DNA of 64,000 nucleotides from the NCBI GenBank assembly GCA_965243395.1, contig CBDEUS010000001.1:288001-352000 (forward strand), read 5' to 3'. The notes beneath the pieces are model-generated. The model saw only the letters and a list, made by a program, of their open reading frames with translations. It was not told the origin of the DNA and did no database searches. Below are positions 17,536 through 27,577 of this stretch, in pieces. This DNA comes from Gammaproteobacteria bacterium. GTDB taxonomy: Bacteria; Pseudomonadota; Gammaproteobacteria; UBA4575. Numbering within the stretch: the first letter of the stretch is position 1; every line of letters starts with the position of its first letter. A program made the position numbers and the translations under genes.

Positions 17536-19560
17536 TCAAAGGCCCAATGAGGCGCCAAATATTATTCCTCTTCCTGGTAACACAACACGATCTTTCGTGA
17601 ATGAAGTATGTTGGCGTGCATCTTCATCCAGCAAGTTTTCACCTTTAACAAATACTTTTATATCTGAGTTTCCGGCATAGAATGTTTTAGAAAGGCTTGC
17701 ATCTAGCATGGTGTAGCTATCCGTATCGGTTTCAAGATCCGCTTCGTTGTTTGAGTCATCTACATAGATAAGATCAATACTTCCGTCCCAAGTATTTCGA
17801 TAAAATTCTAAGCCTAGTCCTACACGTCCCGTAGGAATACGTGGTACATCACCTGCATCACTATCGTCGAATTCTGCTCGTACATAATCACCAAATATGC
17901 GGCCACGTAGATCATATATATTATTACTAACGAGTTGCTTCACAAACTCGGCTTCAATGCCGTAAAACTCTGCATCCTCATTCTCGAAGACACCTAGGAG
18001 TAATTCACCATTCAGGTCAAACACGCCGTCTTCATCAACGCGATCGGCAATACCATCATTATTGGCATCTACACCCGCAAGATAAATAAAATCATCGATA
18101 CGGTTGTAGTAGGTATTTACTGCCCAGCTGTGACTACTTTTATTTTGTTCAAGACCAAGTTCAATACTGTAGGAGGTTTCCTCATCAATATCGGTTGATC
18201 CGATTTCAAACGTCAGGGTAGCTAGGTGAGGGCCGTCAGCATATAACGCAGTTTCTTGTGGTGCACGTTCACTACGTGCAACAAATACATTAAATTGCAT
18301 ATCATTAGCCAATTGGCGTTGCGCACCGAATGAAACTGAGAAAACGCTAAAATCTTCATCATCACCGTTATCAGGATCGAATTCATCGCGATCAAAGCGA
18401 ATCCCCCCTTCCAAATCCCATATTTCACTGTGGTGATGGCTGACTGCAAAGATTCCATATCGTTCCTGATCCAGAGGCTGAATAAAAGCCTCTTCACCCA
18501 CAGCGGCAAACTCGCGATCGTTATACTGCACGCCAAATGCATTTTTCCAATCGTCATTAACGATATGAATAAACTCAAGTCTGGATTCTAGCTCTTCATT
18601 ATCAAATGTCGTGGCAATTTCTCCATCTTCTTCAATTTCAAAATGACGGTAATTATTGTAAGTGGAGCGAAGTGATATTTTTTCAATGTTGCTGAAAGGG
18701 TTGTACAGCTCAGCAAGCATGTCATAGCGATATTGTTTGAGATCGATACGAATATCGCCTTCTTCTGCTCCGGGCACACCAAAATTAGTATCAAAGCGGT
18801 TAAAGGCAATACCGATCATGCCTTGATCCGTAATATAACTTGCACCTAAACCATGGTTGTCGGCTTCTACATCACTGTTGGTTAATTTGCCACGATTTTC
18901 TGGTTCATCATCATTTGCGAATCCATCAATTTCATAATCGTTAGTGTCTCTGGTTAAACCATCAAAATGCCAAGCAAATGAATTATGCGAACCATTAAGT
19001 TCTAACGCCGCTGTTTCACCGTCTGATACCGTGGCATGTTCCACTACAGCGTTTAATTCGAATGGCCTGGTGTTTAAAGACCTTGGAATTCGTTTATTAA
19101 TAATATTCACTACACCACCAATTGCACTTGGACCAAAACGCAAGGTTGCTGGTCCACGGAGGATTTCAACTTGCTTAGCAAAGTAGGGCTCAATTGAAAC
19201 AGGGTGGTCCTCACTTAGACTGGAAACATCTAGTGCACCGATTCCATTTTCAAGTACCCGCACTCGGTTGCTACCTAAACCGCGAATGATTGGTCTACTT
19301 GCGCCAGGCGCAAAGTAAGTAGAGCTCACACCGAGCTCATTTTTAACGGTTTCACCAATTGAGTTGGATAGCTTGCGTTCCAGCTCTTCACCCCTGAGGA
19401 TATCAACGGATTGAGTAAACTCATCCGGTTTTTCGCCGGGAAACCAGCTTGATTCAATTACAATTTCAGGCAAAGTAGATTTTCCTGAAGTAGCTTCATC
19501 ATCTGCATACAAATTGGTGCTTAATAAAAGTAATAAACAAATAGCAATACGTGTGCGCAT
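17536..19560 (-). CDS. TonB-dependent receptor, ZnuD-like
   Basis: Signal peptide, plug 'SRPIIRG..RVRVLENG..DH.V..EILRGPATL', GPHLAT, C-terminal 'PGRG..GASLGL'; Zur-like boxes upstream. Confidence 0.88.
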   Translation of the reverse strand: MRTRIAICLLLLLSTNLYADDEATSGKSTLPEIVIESSWFPGEKPDEFTQSVDILRGEELERKLSNSIGETVKNELGVSSTYFAPGASRPIIRGLGSNRVRVLENGIGALDVSSLSEDHPVSIEPYFAKQVEILRGPATLRFGPSAIGGVVNIINKRIPRSLNTRPFELNAVVEHATVSDGETAALELNGSHNSFAWHFDGLTRDTNDYEIDGFANDDEPENRGKLTNSDVEADNHGLGASYITDQGMIGIAFNRFDTNFGVPGAEEGDIRIDLKQYRYDMLAELYNPFSNIEKISLRSTYNNYRHFEIEEDGEIATTFDNEELESRLEFIHIVNDDWKNAFGVQYNDREFAAVGEEAFIQPLDQERYGIFAVSHHHSEIWDLEGGIRFDRDEFDPDNGDDEDFSVFSVSFGAQRQLANDMQFNVFVARSERAPQETALYADGPHLATLTFEIGSTDIDEETSYSIELGLEQNKSSHSWAVNTYYNRIDDFIYLAGVDANNDGIADRVDEDGVFDLNGELLLGVFENEDAEFYGIEAEFVKQLVSNNIYDLRGRIFGDYVRAEFDDSDAGDVPRIPTGRVGLGLEFYRNTWDGSIDLIYVDDSNNEADLETDTDSYTMLDASLSKTFYAGNSDIKVFVKGENLLDEDARQHTSFTKDRVVLPGRGIIFGASLGL

Positions 19561-19672
19561 TATTTTTCTCCAACACATGTGAAAACTCTATAGAACAGAG
19601 CCATAAAAAATTACAAAATTTAAATGGTGTAAATTTATGAGTTACTTATAGTTAACGTTATATATATACATA

Positions 19673-19708
19673 ATGTTATATTATAACATAGTGTTATATT
19701 ATAACATT
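19673..19708. promoter_or_regulatory. Tandem Zur-like boxes
   Basis: ATGTTATA-T-TATAACAT (19673-19689) and TGTTATA-T-TATAACA (19692-19706), matching the gammaproteobacterial Zur core TGTTATAWTATAACA. Confidence 0.8.
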
Positions 19709-19846
19709 GCGTAGATCTCTAAATATACCCAATTTGCGCTTACTGGTAATTTCAGTTTTGTATTTCCTGCCCTAGTGCACTCAAGTACTCTATTTATTTG
19801 TCCTTAAATTAGCCGAAATGGCTTATTGCACATAAAATAATCATCC

Positions 19847-20572
19847 ATGTCTGAAAGAATTCAAAAATTTTTGGCCAACCAGGGGGTTGCATCGCGTAGA
19901 GTAATTGAGCGGTGGATTAAAGCGGGAGATATAGTGGTAGATGGCGAGCTTTGTACTTTGGGGCAAAGTATTTCGGGAAAAGAGCGTATCGAAATCCGAG
20001 GTGAGTTGCTTAATTTAAAAGCCGATATTCATAGTCGAGTCATTCTGTATAACAAGCCCACAGGTGAAATTGTTTCACGTTCGGATCCTGAAAATCGGCC
20101 CACCGTTTTTGAAAATTTACCTCGTTTGAAATCTGGCCGTTGGGTTTCAGTCGGGCGGTTGGATGTAAATACTTCTGGACTACTTTTATTTACCACTGAT
20201 GGCGCATTGGCAAATGAACTTATGCATCCACGAAATCAAATTGAACGTGAATATCGTGTACGTGTACAAGGTAAAGTAACAAATGAAATGATGTCCAACC
20301 TTCAAAAAGGTGTTTACTTAGAGGACGGTTTAGCAAAGTTGAAAATTCTCGAAGTGCAAGAAGGCAAGGGTTCCAATACATGGTGTCGTGTTGTGTTAAA
20401 CGAGGGGCGAAACAGAGAAGTGCGTAGAATTTGGGAATCTCAAAACCTACGTGTAAGTCGATTGATACGTACACGGTTCGGTTCAATCGAGCTACCAAGA
20501 GAGTTAAGAATGGGTAAGTATATCGATCTTACGCCGAGTCAATTCCGTACTTTAAAAAACTTAGTTCAGTGA
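19847..20572 (+). CDS. rluB: 23S rRNA pseudouridine synthase B
   Basis: ERIQKFLA..SRR, GRLDVNTSGLLL, EGRNREVRR; follows scpAB. Confidence 0.9.
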   Translation: MSERIQKFLANQGVASRRVIERWIKAGDIVVDGELCTLGQSISGKERIEIRGELLNLKADIHSRVILYNKPTGEIVSRSDPENRPTVFENLPRLKSGRWVSVGRLDVNTSGLLLFTTDGALANELMHPRNQIEREYRVRVQGKVTNEMMSNLQKGVYLEDGLAKLKILEVQEGKGSNTWCRVVLNEGRNREVRRIWESQNLRVSRLIRTRFGSIELPRELRMGKYIDLTPSQFRTLKNLVQ

Positions 20573-20580
20573 TGTAATCA

Positions 20581-21357
20581 TTAACCCGCAAACTCAGGGT
20601 TAAGCTTGTAGTTTGTGCCAGTGGTCCCTTTGCTATCTGGGCCGATAAAATATAAATAGGGCGCAATTACATCTTCTGGTGGGGCAAAGTCTTCAGGATT
20701 AATTCCCGGGAAATTTGTTAAGCGTAATTTTGTTCGTACCGGTGCGGGGTCCACGCCATTTACACGAATAGGTTTATCACTGTCCAGTTCTTTTGCAAGA
20801 ATTTCCATCATTCCAAGTTGTGCAGATTTGGCTACACCGTAAGCGCCCCAATAGGCTTTGGAGCAATCATGTGTGGAAAATACAATGCTTGGATCATCAG
20901 ATAATTCAAGTAATGGAATGCAACACTTTAATAATAAGAAAGGTGCATGTTGATTGATTGTGATTGTTTTCAGCCAAGTATCCAATTGAAAATTCCTAAT
21001 GCCTTGCATAGCTTCTATATAACCCGCATTTAAAACTAATGAATCTATAGCTTTGTTATTTTCAATCAGGTGGTTAGCAAATTTAATATAATCCTGTTCA
21101 CCGGCGGTGCTCAGGTCTAATGAATAGTACTTGTGTTCATGGCCAAATGATTTAGAGAGTTCATCAGTAAGGGAACTTAAACTGCTTTCATTTTTGCCAA
21201 GCAACAAAAGTTCAGCGCCCAGTTCAGCGCATGCATAGGATAATGCTCTACCAATGCCATCCGTCGCACCGGTAATTAAAATAAGTCTGTTTAAAAGACA
21301 GTCTTTTTTTGGCTTGTAAGTATTGAGACTAATGTTTCTATTGATAGGTGTAGACAT
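20581..21357 (-). CDS. yciK: YciK-family SDR oxidoreductase
   Basis: ITGATDGIG, AYWGAYGVAK, IRVN. Confidence 0.8.
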   Translation of the reverse strand: MSTPINRNISLNTYKPKKDCLLNRLILITGATDGIGRALSYACAELGAELLLLGKNESSLSSLTDELSKSFGHEHKYYSLDLSTAGEQDYIKFANHLIENNKAIDSLVLNAGYIEAMQGIRNFQLDTWLKTITINQHAPFLLLKCCIPLLELSDDPSIVFSTHDCSKAYWGAYGVAKSAQLGMMEILAKELDSDKPIRVNGVDPAPVRTKLRLTNFPGINPEDFAPPEDVIAPYLYFIGPDSKGTTGTNYKLNPEFAG

Positions 21358-21425
21358 TTAATAGAACGAAGTTCTATAAAAAATAGAATTGTATATTAAT
21401 TAATGTAGTAATAGAAAATGTTGAA

Positions 21426-22055
21426 TTATTTTCTTGCGCTGATAAATATTCCTCTGCGGAATAAATAACCTAATACTTGGTTTGTACATTCCTCTAATGA
21501 GTTTGTTCCAGTGTCAACAATTAAATCAGCGTTTTCAGGTTCTTCATAAGGCGAGGAAATACCCGTGAAGTCTTTAATTTTGCCTTCACGTGCTTTTTTG
21601 TATAGGCCTTTCACATCTCGTTCTTCGCAGATCTCTAAAGAGCACTTGCAGTACACCTCAATGAAATCATCTTCGCCAATCAATGCTCTAGCATTTTGAC
21701 GGTCTTCCTGAACAGGAGAGATAAATGCGGTGAAAGTAATGAGTCCGGCATCGGCTGTTAGTTTGCACATCTCAGATATACGGCGCAGGTTTTCTTTTCG
21801 ATCTTCTAGAGAGAAACCCAAATCACCACACAATCCGTGTCGCACATTATCCCCGTCAAATACGTAGGTAAGGCAATTCCGGTTGTGTAACTCTTCTTCA
21901 ACAGAATGCGCCAATGTAGACTTTCCAGCCCCCGATAAACCGGTGAACCAAAGTACAACGCCATTGTGTCCAAGAATATTCTCTCTTCTGCCTCGTGTGA
22001 CGGTTGCTTGATGATAAACAACATCAGGACTGATTTTTCTTGCTGAGCTCGACAT
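21426..22055 (-). CDS. cysC: Adenylyl-sulfate kinase
   Basis: WFTGLSGAGKST, DGDNVRHGL, RDVKGLY, FTGISSPYE. Confidence 0.96.
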   Translation of the reverse strand: MSSSARKISPDVVYHQATVTRGRRENILGHNGVVLWFTGLSGAGKSTLAHSVEEELHNRNCLTYVFDGDNVRHGLCGDLGFSLEDRKENLRRISEMCKLTADAGLITFTAFISPVQEDRQNARALIGEDDFIEVYCKCSLEICEERDVKGLYKKAREGKIKDFTGISSPYEEPENADLIVDTGTNSLEECTNQVLGYLFRRGIFISARK

Positions 22056-22171
22056 AAAATGAATGCTATTTATTATTCTGAAGGGTGATTATTCTACAAA
22101 TAATTTTGGCAAACTGTTAAATCTGTTTAGTTTCTTAGGGTATTTTTTTAATATTTATTTACTTATATAAC

Positions 22172-23452
22172 TTAATGTTTTATAGAATTTTTTGGTGAAT
22201 TTTCAACAATTTTAAGCTCAGGGATGGTTTTTTTCTTTTCTATGCCAAGCTCAGTAAATTTTCTGGCCCCGCTGAGTACCTGCCGGTCTAATGAGCCGAT
22301 GGCTTTATTGTACTGCTCCACACTTGAATCGAGGTTTTTACCAAGCTTATGTAAATGTTCAGCAAATGTAGCCAGGCGGTGATAGAGGTCTTCGCCCAGC
22401 TCACGAATTTTCTCTGCATTTTCTGCCACAGCGATCTGACGCCAACCAAATGCGACTGCACGCAGTAAGGCGATAATACTGGTTGGGGTAGCAAGGATAA
22501 CTTTATTTTTCAAAGCATCTTCTAATAATTGTGGATCCTGCTCCAAAGCCGCAGAAAGAAATTGTTCGCCCGGAATAAATAACACCACGAAATCAGGCGA
22601 ATTTTTAAACTGATTCCAATATGCTTTACTGGAAAGTTCGCGCATGCGTTCGCGAACATTTCGGGCATGTCGTACTAATGCACTTTCACGTGCATTTTCA
22701 TCAGTTGTTTGGCTGGCGTTTAAGTAGGCATCTAGTGGTGTTTTTGCATCAATTATAAGTTCACGTTTGTCTGGCATGCGTACTACCATGTCAGGGCGCA
22801 TTCGCGAATCGGCATCATCACTTTGTTGTTGTTCGTAAAAATCACAATGATCTACCATGCCTGCAAGCTCGGCGATACGTTTTAATGTGAGTTCTCCCCA
22901 TTGCCCTCGAACTTCGGGGCGCCGTAGCGCTTGCACTAAGTTTTGTGTTTCCAGGCGTAAATCTGACTGTGATTCATTGATAATTTTTAAATGTTGTGAG
23001 AGTGAGCCAAAGGATTCTTTGCGATCTTTTTCAATCGATTGGATTTGCTCTTCAGTTTGCTTAAGTGCTGATTGAATTGGCTGTAAAAGAGTTTCAATTG
23101 ATTTTTCTTTTTTCTCTAAATTTGCCTCAGCTTGAATTTGAAATTGTGAAAGTTTTTCTTTCGCTAAGGCGAGAAAGTTTTCATTATTAAGTTTTAGTGC
23201 TTGTTGGGAAAGGGTAGAGAAAGAGTTTTCTAATTGCTTTCGTGATTCTTCTATGGTTTCAATTTTTTCGAGATAACGCTCTTTTTCTAATTGCAGCTGC
23301 ATGGATAGTTGCTGGGAAATAGATTCTAGTTTTTCTCGCTCCCTGCGAGCACGACTTCGCATGATGAGTGCACCTAATGCAGCACTGAGTAAACATAAAC
23401 TCGCGCATAACAGCACAAATTGCCAAGTGTTTTGAAGTTCTACACTTATCAT
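22172..23452 (-). CDS. rmuC: DNA recombination protein RmuC
   Basis: N-terminal TM, coiled coil, RGQWGE, RPD..IDAK, DFVVLFIP. Confidence 0.93.
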   Translation of the reverse strand: MISVELQNTWQFVLLCASLCLLSAALGALIMRSRARREREKLESISQQLSMQLQLEKERYLEKIETIEESRKQLENSFSTLSQQALKLNNENFLALAKEKLSQFQIQAEANLEKKEKSIETLLQPIQSALKQTEEQIQSIEKDRKESFGSLSQHLKIINESQSDLRLETQNLVQALRRPEVRGQWGELTLKRIAELAGMVDHCDFYEQQQSDDADSRMRPDMVVRMPDKRELIIDAKTPLDAYLNASQTTDENARESALVRHARNVRERMRELSSKAYWNQFKNSPDFVVLFIPGEQFLSAALEQDPQLLEDALKNKVILATPTSIIALLRAVAFGWRQIAVAENAEKIRELGEDLYHRLATFAEHLHKLGKNLDSSVEQYNKAIGSLDRQVLSGARKFTELGIEKKKTIPELKIVENSPKNSIKH

Positions 23453-23466
23453 GTAGATATTGTCGA

Positions 23467-24153
23467 TCAGCTTTTGCTAAAAAGCCAATCCTTTAAATGT
23501 AGGGCGTGTTGTAAGACGACATCTGATCCCCAGTTTTCGGGATTTTGATTGTCCTGAATATATCCATAGGCTGCCACAGCAGTTTGCATGCCAGCTGCTT
23601 TCCCGGCTTGAACGTCTCTGGGGTCATCGCCCATGTAAACAGTATTTTGCTCGCTGACACCAAGCATATTTGCAGCATGGTATAACTGGTCAGGGTCAGG
23701 TTTTCTGCGTGATAAAGAATCACCACTCACCATGCACACTGCGCGAAAAGCAATACCCAGTTCTTGAACTAATGGTTCTGCAAGCGCACCGGGTTTATTT
23801 GTGACAATTCCCCACGGTATTTCAAACTCGTCAAGTGAATCTAATAATTCATATATACCGGGAAAGAGTTTGGTTTGTTTACATAAATTTTCGGCATAAA
23901 TTTCTAAGAATTCATCACGCAGTTGCATGCTGTGTTGTTCTTCCAGTGGCTCATCAAAACCAAGCTGAATCATGGCGACACTACCGCGAGATGTATGTGG
24001 CCTAACAGACTGATAATCAAGCGTAGGCTTGTTGTATCGTTGAAAAAGAATATTTAACGCATCAGTCATATCCGGAGATGTATCTGCAAGCGTACCATCT
24101 AAATCAAAAAGTACAGCTTGAACACGTGCATTATTTGACATTGAGTTATGCAT
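23467..24153 (-). CDS. gph: HAD phosphatase (Gph/MupP-like)
   Basis: FDLDGTL, VTNKP, KPDP, GDD.RD; follows ubiG. Confidence 0.8.
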   Translation of the reverse strand: MHNSMSNNARVQAVLFDLDGTLADTSPDMTDALNILFQRYNKPTLDYQSVRPHTSRGSVAMIQLGFDEPLEEQHSMQLRDEFLEIYAENLCKQTKLFPGIYELLDSLDEFEIPWGIVTNKPGALAEPLVQELGIAFRAVCMVSGDSLSRRKPDPDQLYHAANMLGVSEQNTVYMGDDPRDVQAGKAAGMQTAVAAYGYIQDNQNPENWGSDVVLQHALHLKDWLFSKS

Positions 24154-24866
24154 TAATTTTTTTGTGCAAACACAATATAGTTTACGCTGGTATCGGAAGA
24201 TAATTTGTAGACTTTAGTCAAAGGATTGTATGTCATACCAATTATTTCGTTGCTGTGTAATTTAGCTTGACGAATCCAACCGTCCAATTCTGAAGGTCGT
24301 ATTAGTTTTTCGTAATGGTGAGTGCCTCTGGGTAAAAGATTCAGCACATATTCAGCGCCGATAATTGCAAATAAAAAAGATTTTGGGTTGCGGTTAATGG
24401 TTGAGAAAAACACTTTTCCATCAGGTTTGAGTAAATTTGAACATGCTTGAACAATGGCAGCAGGGTCAGGGACATGCTCTAACATTTCCATGCAGGTAAC
24501 CACGTCATAAGTTTGTGGTTCCTGAGTCGCGATCTCTTCAGCAGAGATAGCTTGATAATCAATATCCACGTCAGTTTCTTTTGCATGTATTTTGGCAACA
24601 GCAAGCGGTGCCTCGCCCAAGTCTATCCCTTTTACTATGGCGCCGCGTGTCGCCATTGATTCAGATAGAATGCCGCCCCCACAGCCAATATCTAAAACTT
24701 TTTTCCCAGCGAGCCCCACATGGTTATCAATAAAATCTAGCCGCAAAGGATTAATATCATGAAGAGGTTTAAATTCACTCTCTTTATCCCACCATCGATA
24801 CGCCAAGGCTTCAAACTTTGCGAGTTCTGCTTCGTCAACATTCAAATTTTTTTGTGAGTTGGGCAT
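24153..24866 (-). CDS. ubiG: Ubiquinone biosynthesis O-methyltransferase
   Basis: [33 protein letters not shown]. Confidence 0.96.
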   Translation of the reverse strand: MPNSQKNLNVDEAELAKFEALAYRWWDKESEFKPLHDINPLRLDFIDNHVGLAGKKVLDIGCGGGILSESMATRGAIVKGIDLGEAPLAVAKIHAKETDVDIDYQAISAEEIATQEPQTYDVVTCMEMLEHVPDPAAIVQACSNLLKPDGKVFFSTINRNPKSFLFAIIGAEYVLNLLPRGTHHYEKLIRPSELDGWIRQAKLHSNEIIGMTYNPLTKVYKLSSDTSVNYIVFAQKN

Positions 24867-24873
24867 GTAAGCT

Positions 24874-26199
24874 CTAATTTAAAATTTTTTGATTAAGTTT
24901 TTTTGTTTTTGCTAAAACTTCTTCTTCATCGAGTGTTAATAATTCACGATTACTTAGTAATTGTTTGCCAGCAATCCACACATCTGATACTTGGTTGCGT
25001 TGCGTGGCATAGACTAAATGTCCAATAGGGTCATATATGGGTTGTGCTTCAAGCGTATCAATATCAATCACACACAGGTCGGCAGACTTACCGATTTCTA
25101 AAGAACCTGTCTCTTGTTCTATACCTAAAGCAATGGCTGCATTAATGGTTGCACAGCGTAATGTTTCGTAAGCAGGAAGCGCTGCTGCGTTGTTTGCAAT
25201 ACCCTTTGCCAATAGTGCAGCAGTGTGCATTTCATTTAGCATATCCAAGTCATCATTACTGGCGCAACTATCCGTACCAATTGTGACATTAACATTTTTA
25301 TCTTTGAGTTTTTGTACCGGGCAAAACCCACTCGCTAGTTTTAAATTGGACTGTGGACAATGCACAATATTCGCATTGTTTTCAGCAAGCAGATCTATTT
25401 CATCTTCTTCCAGGTGGGTCATATGCACTGCCACTAAGCTGCTATTTATTAGACCGATATCATGTAGTCGTTGGATGGGTCGTGCATTGTATTGATCCAA
25501 GCTTTGTGAAATTTCATCTTGTGTTTCGTGTAGATGAATATGCACGGGTAATTCTAGTTCGTTGGCTAACACCGCTACGCGCTCTAACGGAGGGTTTGAA
25601 ACCGTGTAAGGCGCATGTGGAGCAAAGGCACATTTTACTAAAGGGTGAGTTTTATATTGATCATGTAAAGCTAAACCCTTTGAAAAATATTCATCGATAT
25701 CTTTTGCATATTGTGTGGGAAAATCTAAAAGGATCATGCCAATATGGGCACGCATTCCTGATTTAGTGACCTCCTGTGCGGAGTTTTCAGCATAAAAGTA
25801 CATGTCATTAAAACAAGTCACACCACCACGCAACATTTCAGCAATGGCAAGCTGTGTGCCTAATTGAACAAATTCTTCATTTACCCATTTTTGTTCGGCA
25901 GGCCAGATATGTTTTTCTAACCATTCCATTAACGGGAGGTCATTCGCTAAACCGCGAAGTAAAGTCATCGCAGCATGAGTATGGGTGTTAATTAAGCCGG
26001 GTATAACTATGTGGTGATCATAATGCGGACTTAAATCACTGGAATATTTCTGTTTAGCCTCTGAGGTAGGCAAAATGTCCAGTATGCGGCCATCCTGAAT
26101 CGCGATGCTGTGATTAATAAGTGCACGCTCGCTTTTGTCTGCACGGCTATTTACTGGGATCAGCGTGCTGCAATGAATCAGGGTTTGGACTTGTTGCAT
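24874..26199 (-). CDS. mtaD: TRZ/ATZ amidohydrolase (MTA/SAH deaminase-like)
   Basis: [30 protein letters not shown]; standard ubiG-mtaD/mtnA context. Confidence 0.82.
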   Translation of the reverse strand: MQQVQTLIHCSTLIPVNSRADKSERALINHSIAIQDGRILDILPTSEAKQKYSSDLSPHYDHHIVIPGLINTHTHAAMTLLRGLANDLPLMEWLEKHIWPAEQKWVNEEFVQLGTQLAIAEMLRGGVTCFNDMYFYAENSAQEVTKSGMRAHIGMILLDFPTQYAKDIDEYFSKGLALHDQYKTHPLVKCAFAPHAPYTVSNPPLERVAVLANELELPVHIHLHETQDEISQSLDQYNARPIQRLHDIGLINSSLVAVHMTHLEEDEIDLLAENNANIVHCPQSNLKLASGFCPVQKLKDKNVNVTIGTDSCASNDDLDMLNEMHTAALLAKGIANNAAALPAYETLRCATINAAIALGIEQETGSLEIGKSADLCVIDIDTLEAQPIYDPIGHLVYATQRNQVSDVWIAGKQLLSNRELLTLDEEEVLAKTKKLNQKILN

Positions 26200-26335
26200 G
26201 TATTTTAATTTAATTTATTGTGGACTTTAACAGATTGTTGTGTAGCAACCTACTTAAAGCAACTATTGTAATATTCAATTCGTACAGGGATGTGCATAAT
26301 CTGTATAAAGTAAATTAAAGCTAGTTAAACTAATA

Positions 26336-27379
26336 ATGAAATCATTAGCGGATCAAGCCATTGCGTGGCAAGACAATCAATTAGTCTTGTTAGATCAGAG
26401 AAAGTTGCCTAAAGATGTGCAATACATCCAGTGTCGAAACGTCAATGATGTTATTCATGCAATCAAAAAAATGGTGGTGCGTGGTGCGCCTGCAATTGGA
26501 GTAACTGCCGCGTATGGGGTGGTATTAGCGGCACGCTTACGTTATCAAGACTCGACAACAAACTGGAAGCAAAACATAGAACAAGACTTAAACGAGTTGT
26601 TGTGTGCTAGACCTACAGCAGTGAATTTGAGATGGGCGATTGAGAATATGCGACAAGAAATAGTTAGATCTGGTTCTGAGGATCCTGAACCCGCCTTGTT
26701 AGCTACCGCAAAACGAATTCACCAAGAGGATGTTCAAGCTAATAAAACCCTGGGTGAACTTGGTGCAAATTTACTCAGTAAGGGTTCTGCTGTGTTAACT
26801 CATTGTAACGCAGGTGCTTTAGCAACCGGCGGTTATGGAACTGCATTAGGTGTTATTCGGAGTGCATATGCAGAAAATAAGATAACAGCCATCTATGCTG
26901 ATGAAACTAGGCCATGGTTTCAGGGTACACGTTTAACAGCTTGGGAACTATTGCAAGACAAAATTCCAGTGACCTTGATTTGTGATAGTGCAGCTGCAAG
27001 TTTAATGCGGCAAAAAAAATTGGCATGGGTGATCGTCGGTGCTGATCGTGTCGCCAGTAATGGTGATGTTGCAAATAAAATTGGTACTTATTCTCTAGCT
27101 GTGATGGCACGTGAACATGGTGTAAATTTTATGGTTGCTGCACCAAGTAGCACTATTGATATGCACGTGAACTCAGGTGATGAAATAGAAATCGAAGAGC
27201 GTGCGCATGAAGAGGTTACATCTATTCAAAATGAGTCAATAAGCCCTGAGCAAGCTCAGGTTTGGAACCCTGTTTTTGATATTACACCCGCTGAATATGT
27301 ATCGGTTTTAGTCACCGAAAAAGGGGTGGTGGAATTACCGAATCGCAGCAAAATAAAGAGTTTGATGAAAAGCAAGTAA
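26336..27379 (+). CDS. mtnA: S-methyl-5-thioribose-1-phosphate isomerase
   Basis: VRGAPAIG, RPTAVNL, THCNAGALAT, DETRP, NKIGTY. Confidence 0.96.
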   Translation: MKSLADQAIAWQDNQLVLLDQRKLPKDVQYIQCRNVNDVIHAIKKMVVRGAPAIGVTAAYGVVLAARLRYQDSTTNWKQNIEQDLNELLCARPTAVNLRWAIENMRQEIVRSGSEDPEPALLATAKRIHQEDVQANKTLGELGANLLSKGSAVLTHCNAGALATGGYGTALGVIRSAYAENKITAIYADETRPWFQGTRLTAWELLQDKIPVTLICDSAAASLMRQKKLAWVIVGADRVASNGDVANKIGTYSLAVMAREHGVNFMVAAPSSTIDMHVNSGDEIEIEERAHEEVTSIQNESISPEQAQVWNPVFDITPAEYVSVLVTEKGVVELPNRSKIKSLMKSK

Positions 27380-27577
27380 ATAGGCGATTTTTTGTCCTTG
27401 CCGAAGGTCAAAATGGAGATTCAAAAATAACCAATTTGATATTTAACGCTTTCAGTTAGTTTTTACATGCCTTTTGCTGCAACCCACTCCCCTAGACTTA
27501 TGTTATAATTTATCGCATTAGAGCGAATATAAATTAACGCACATAGACAGATTTTAACTACACAAATTAGCATTTAG

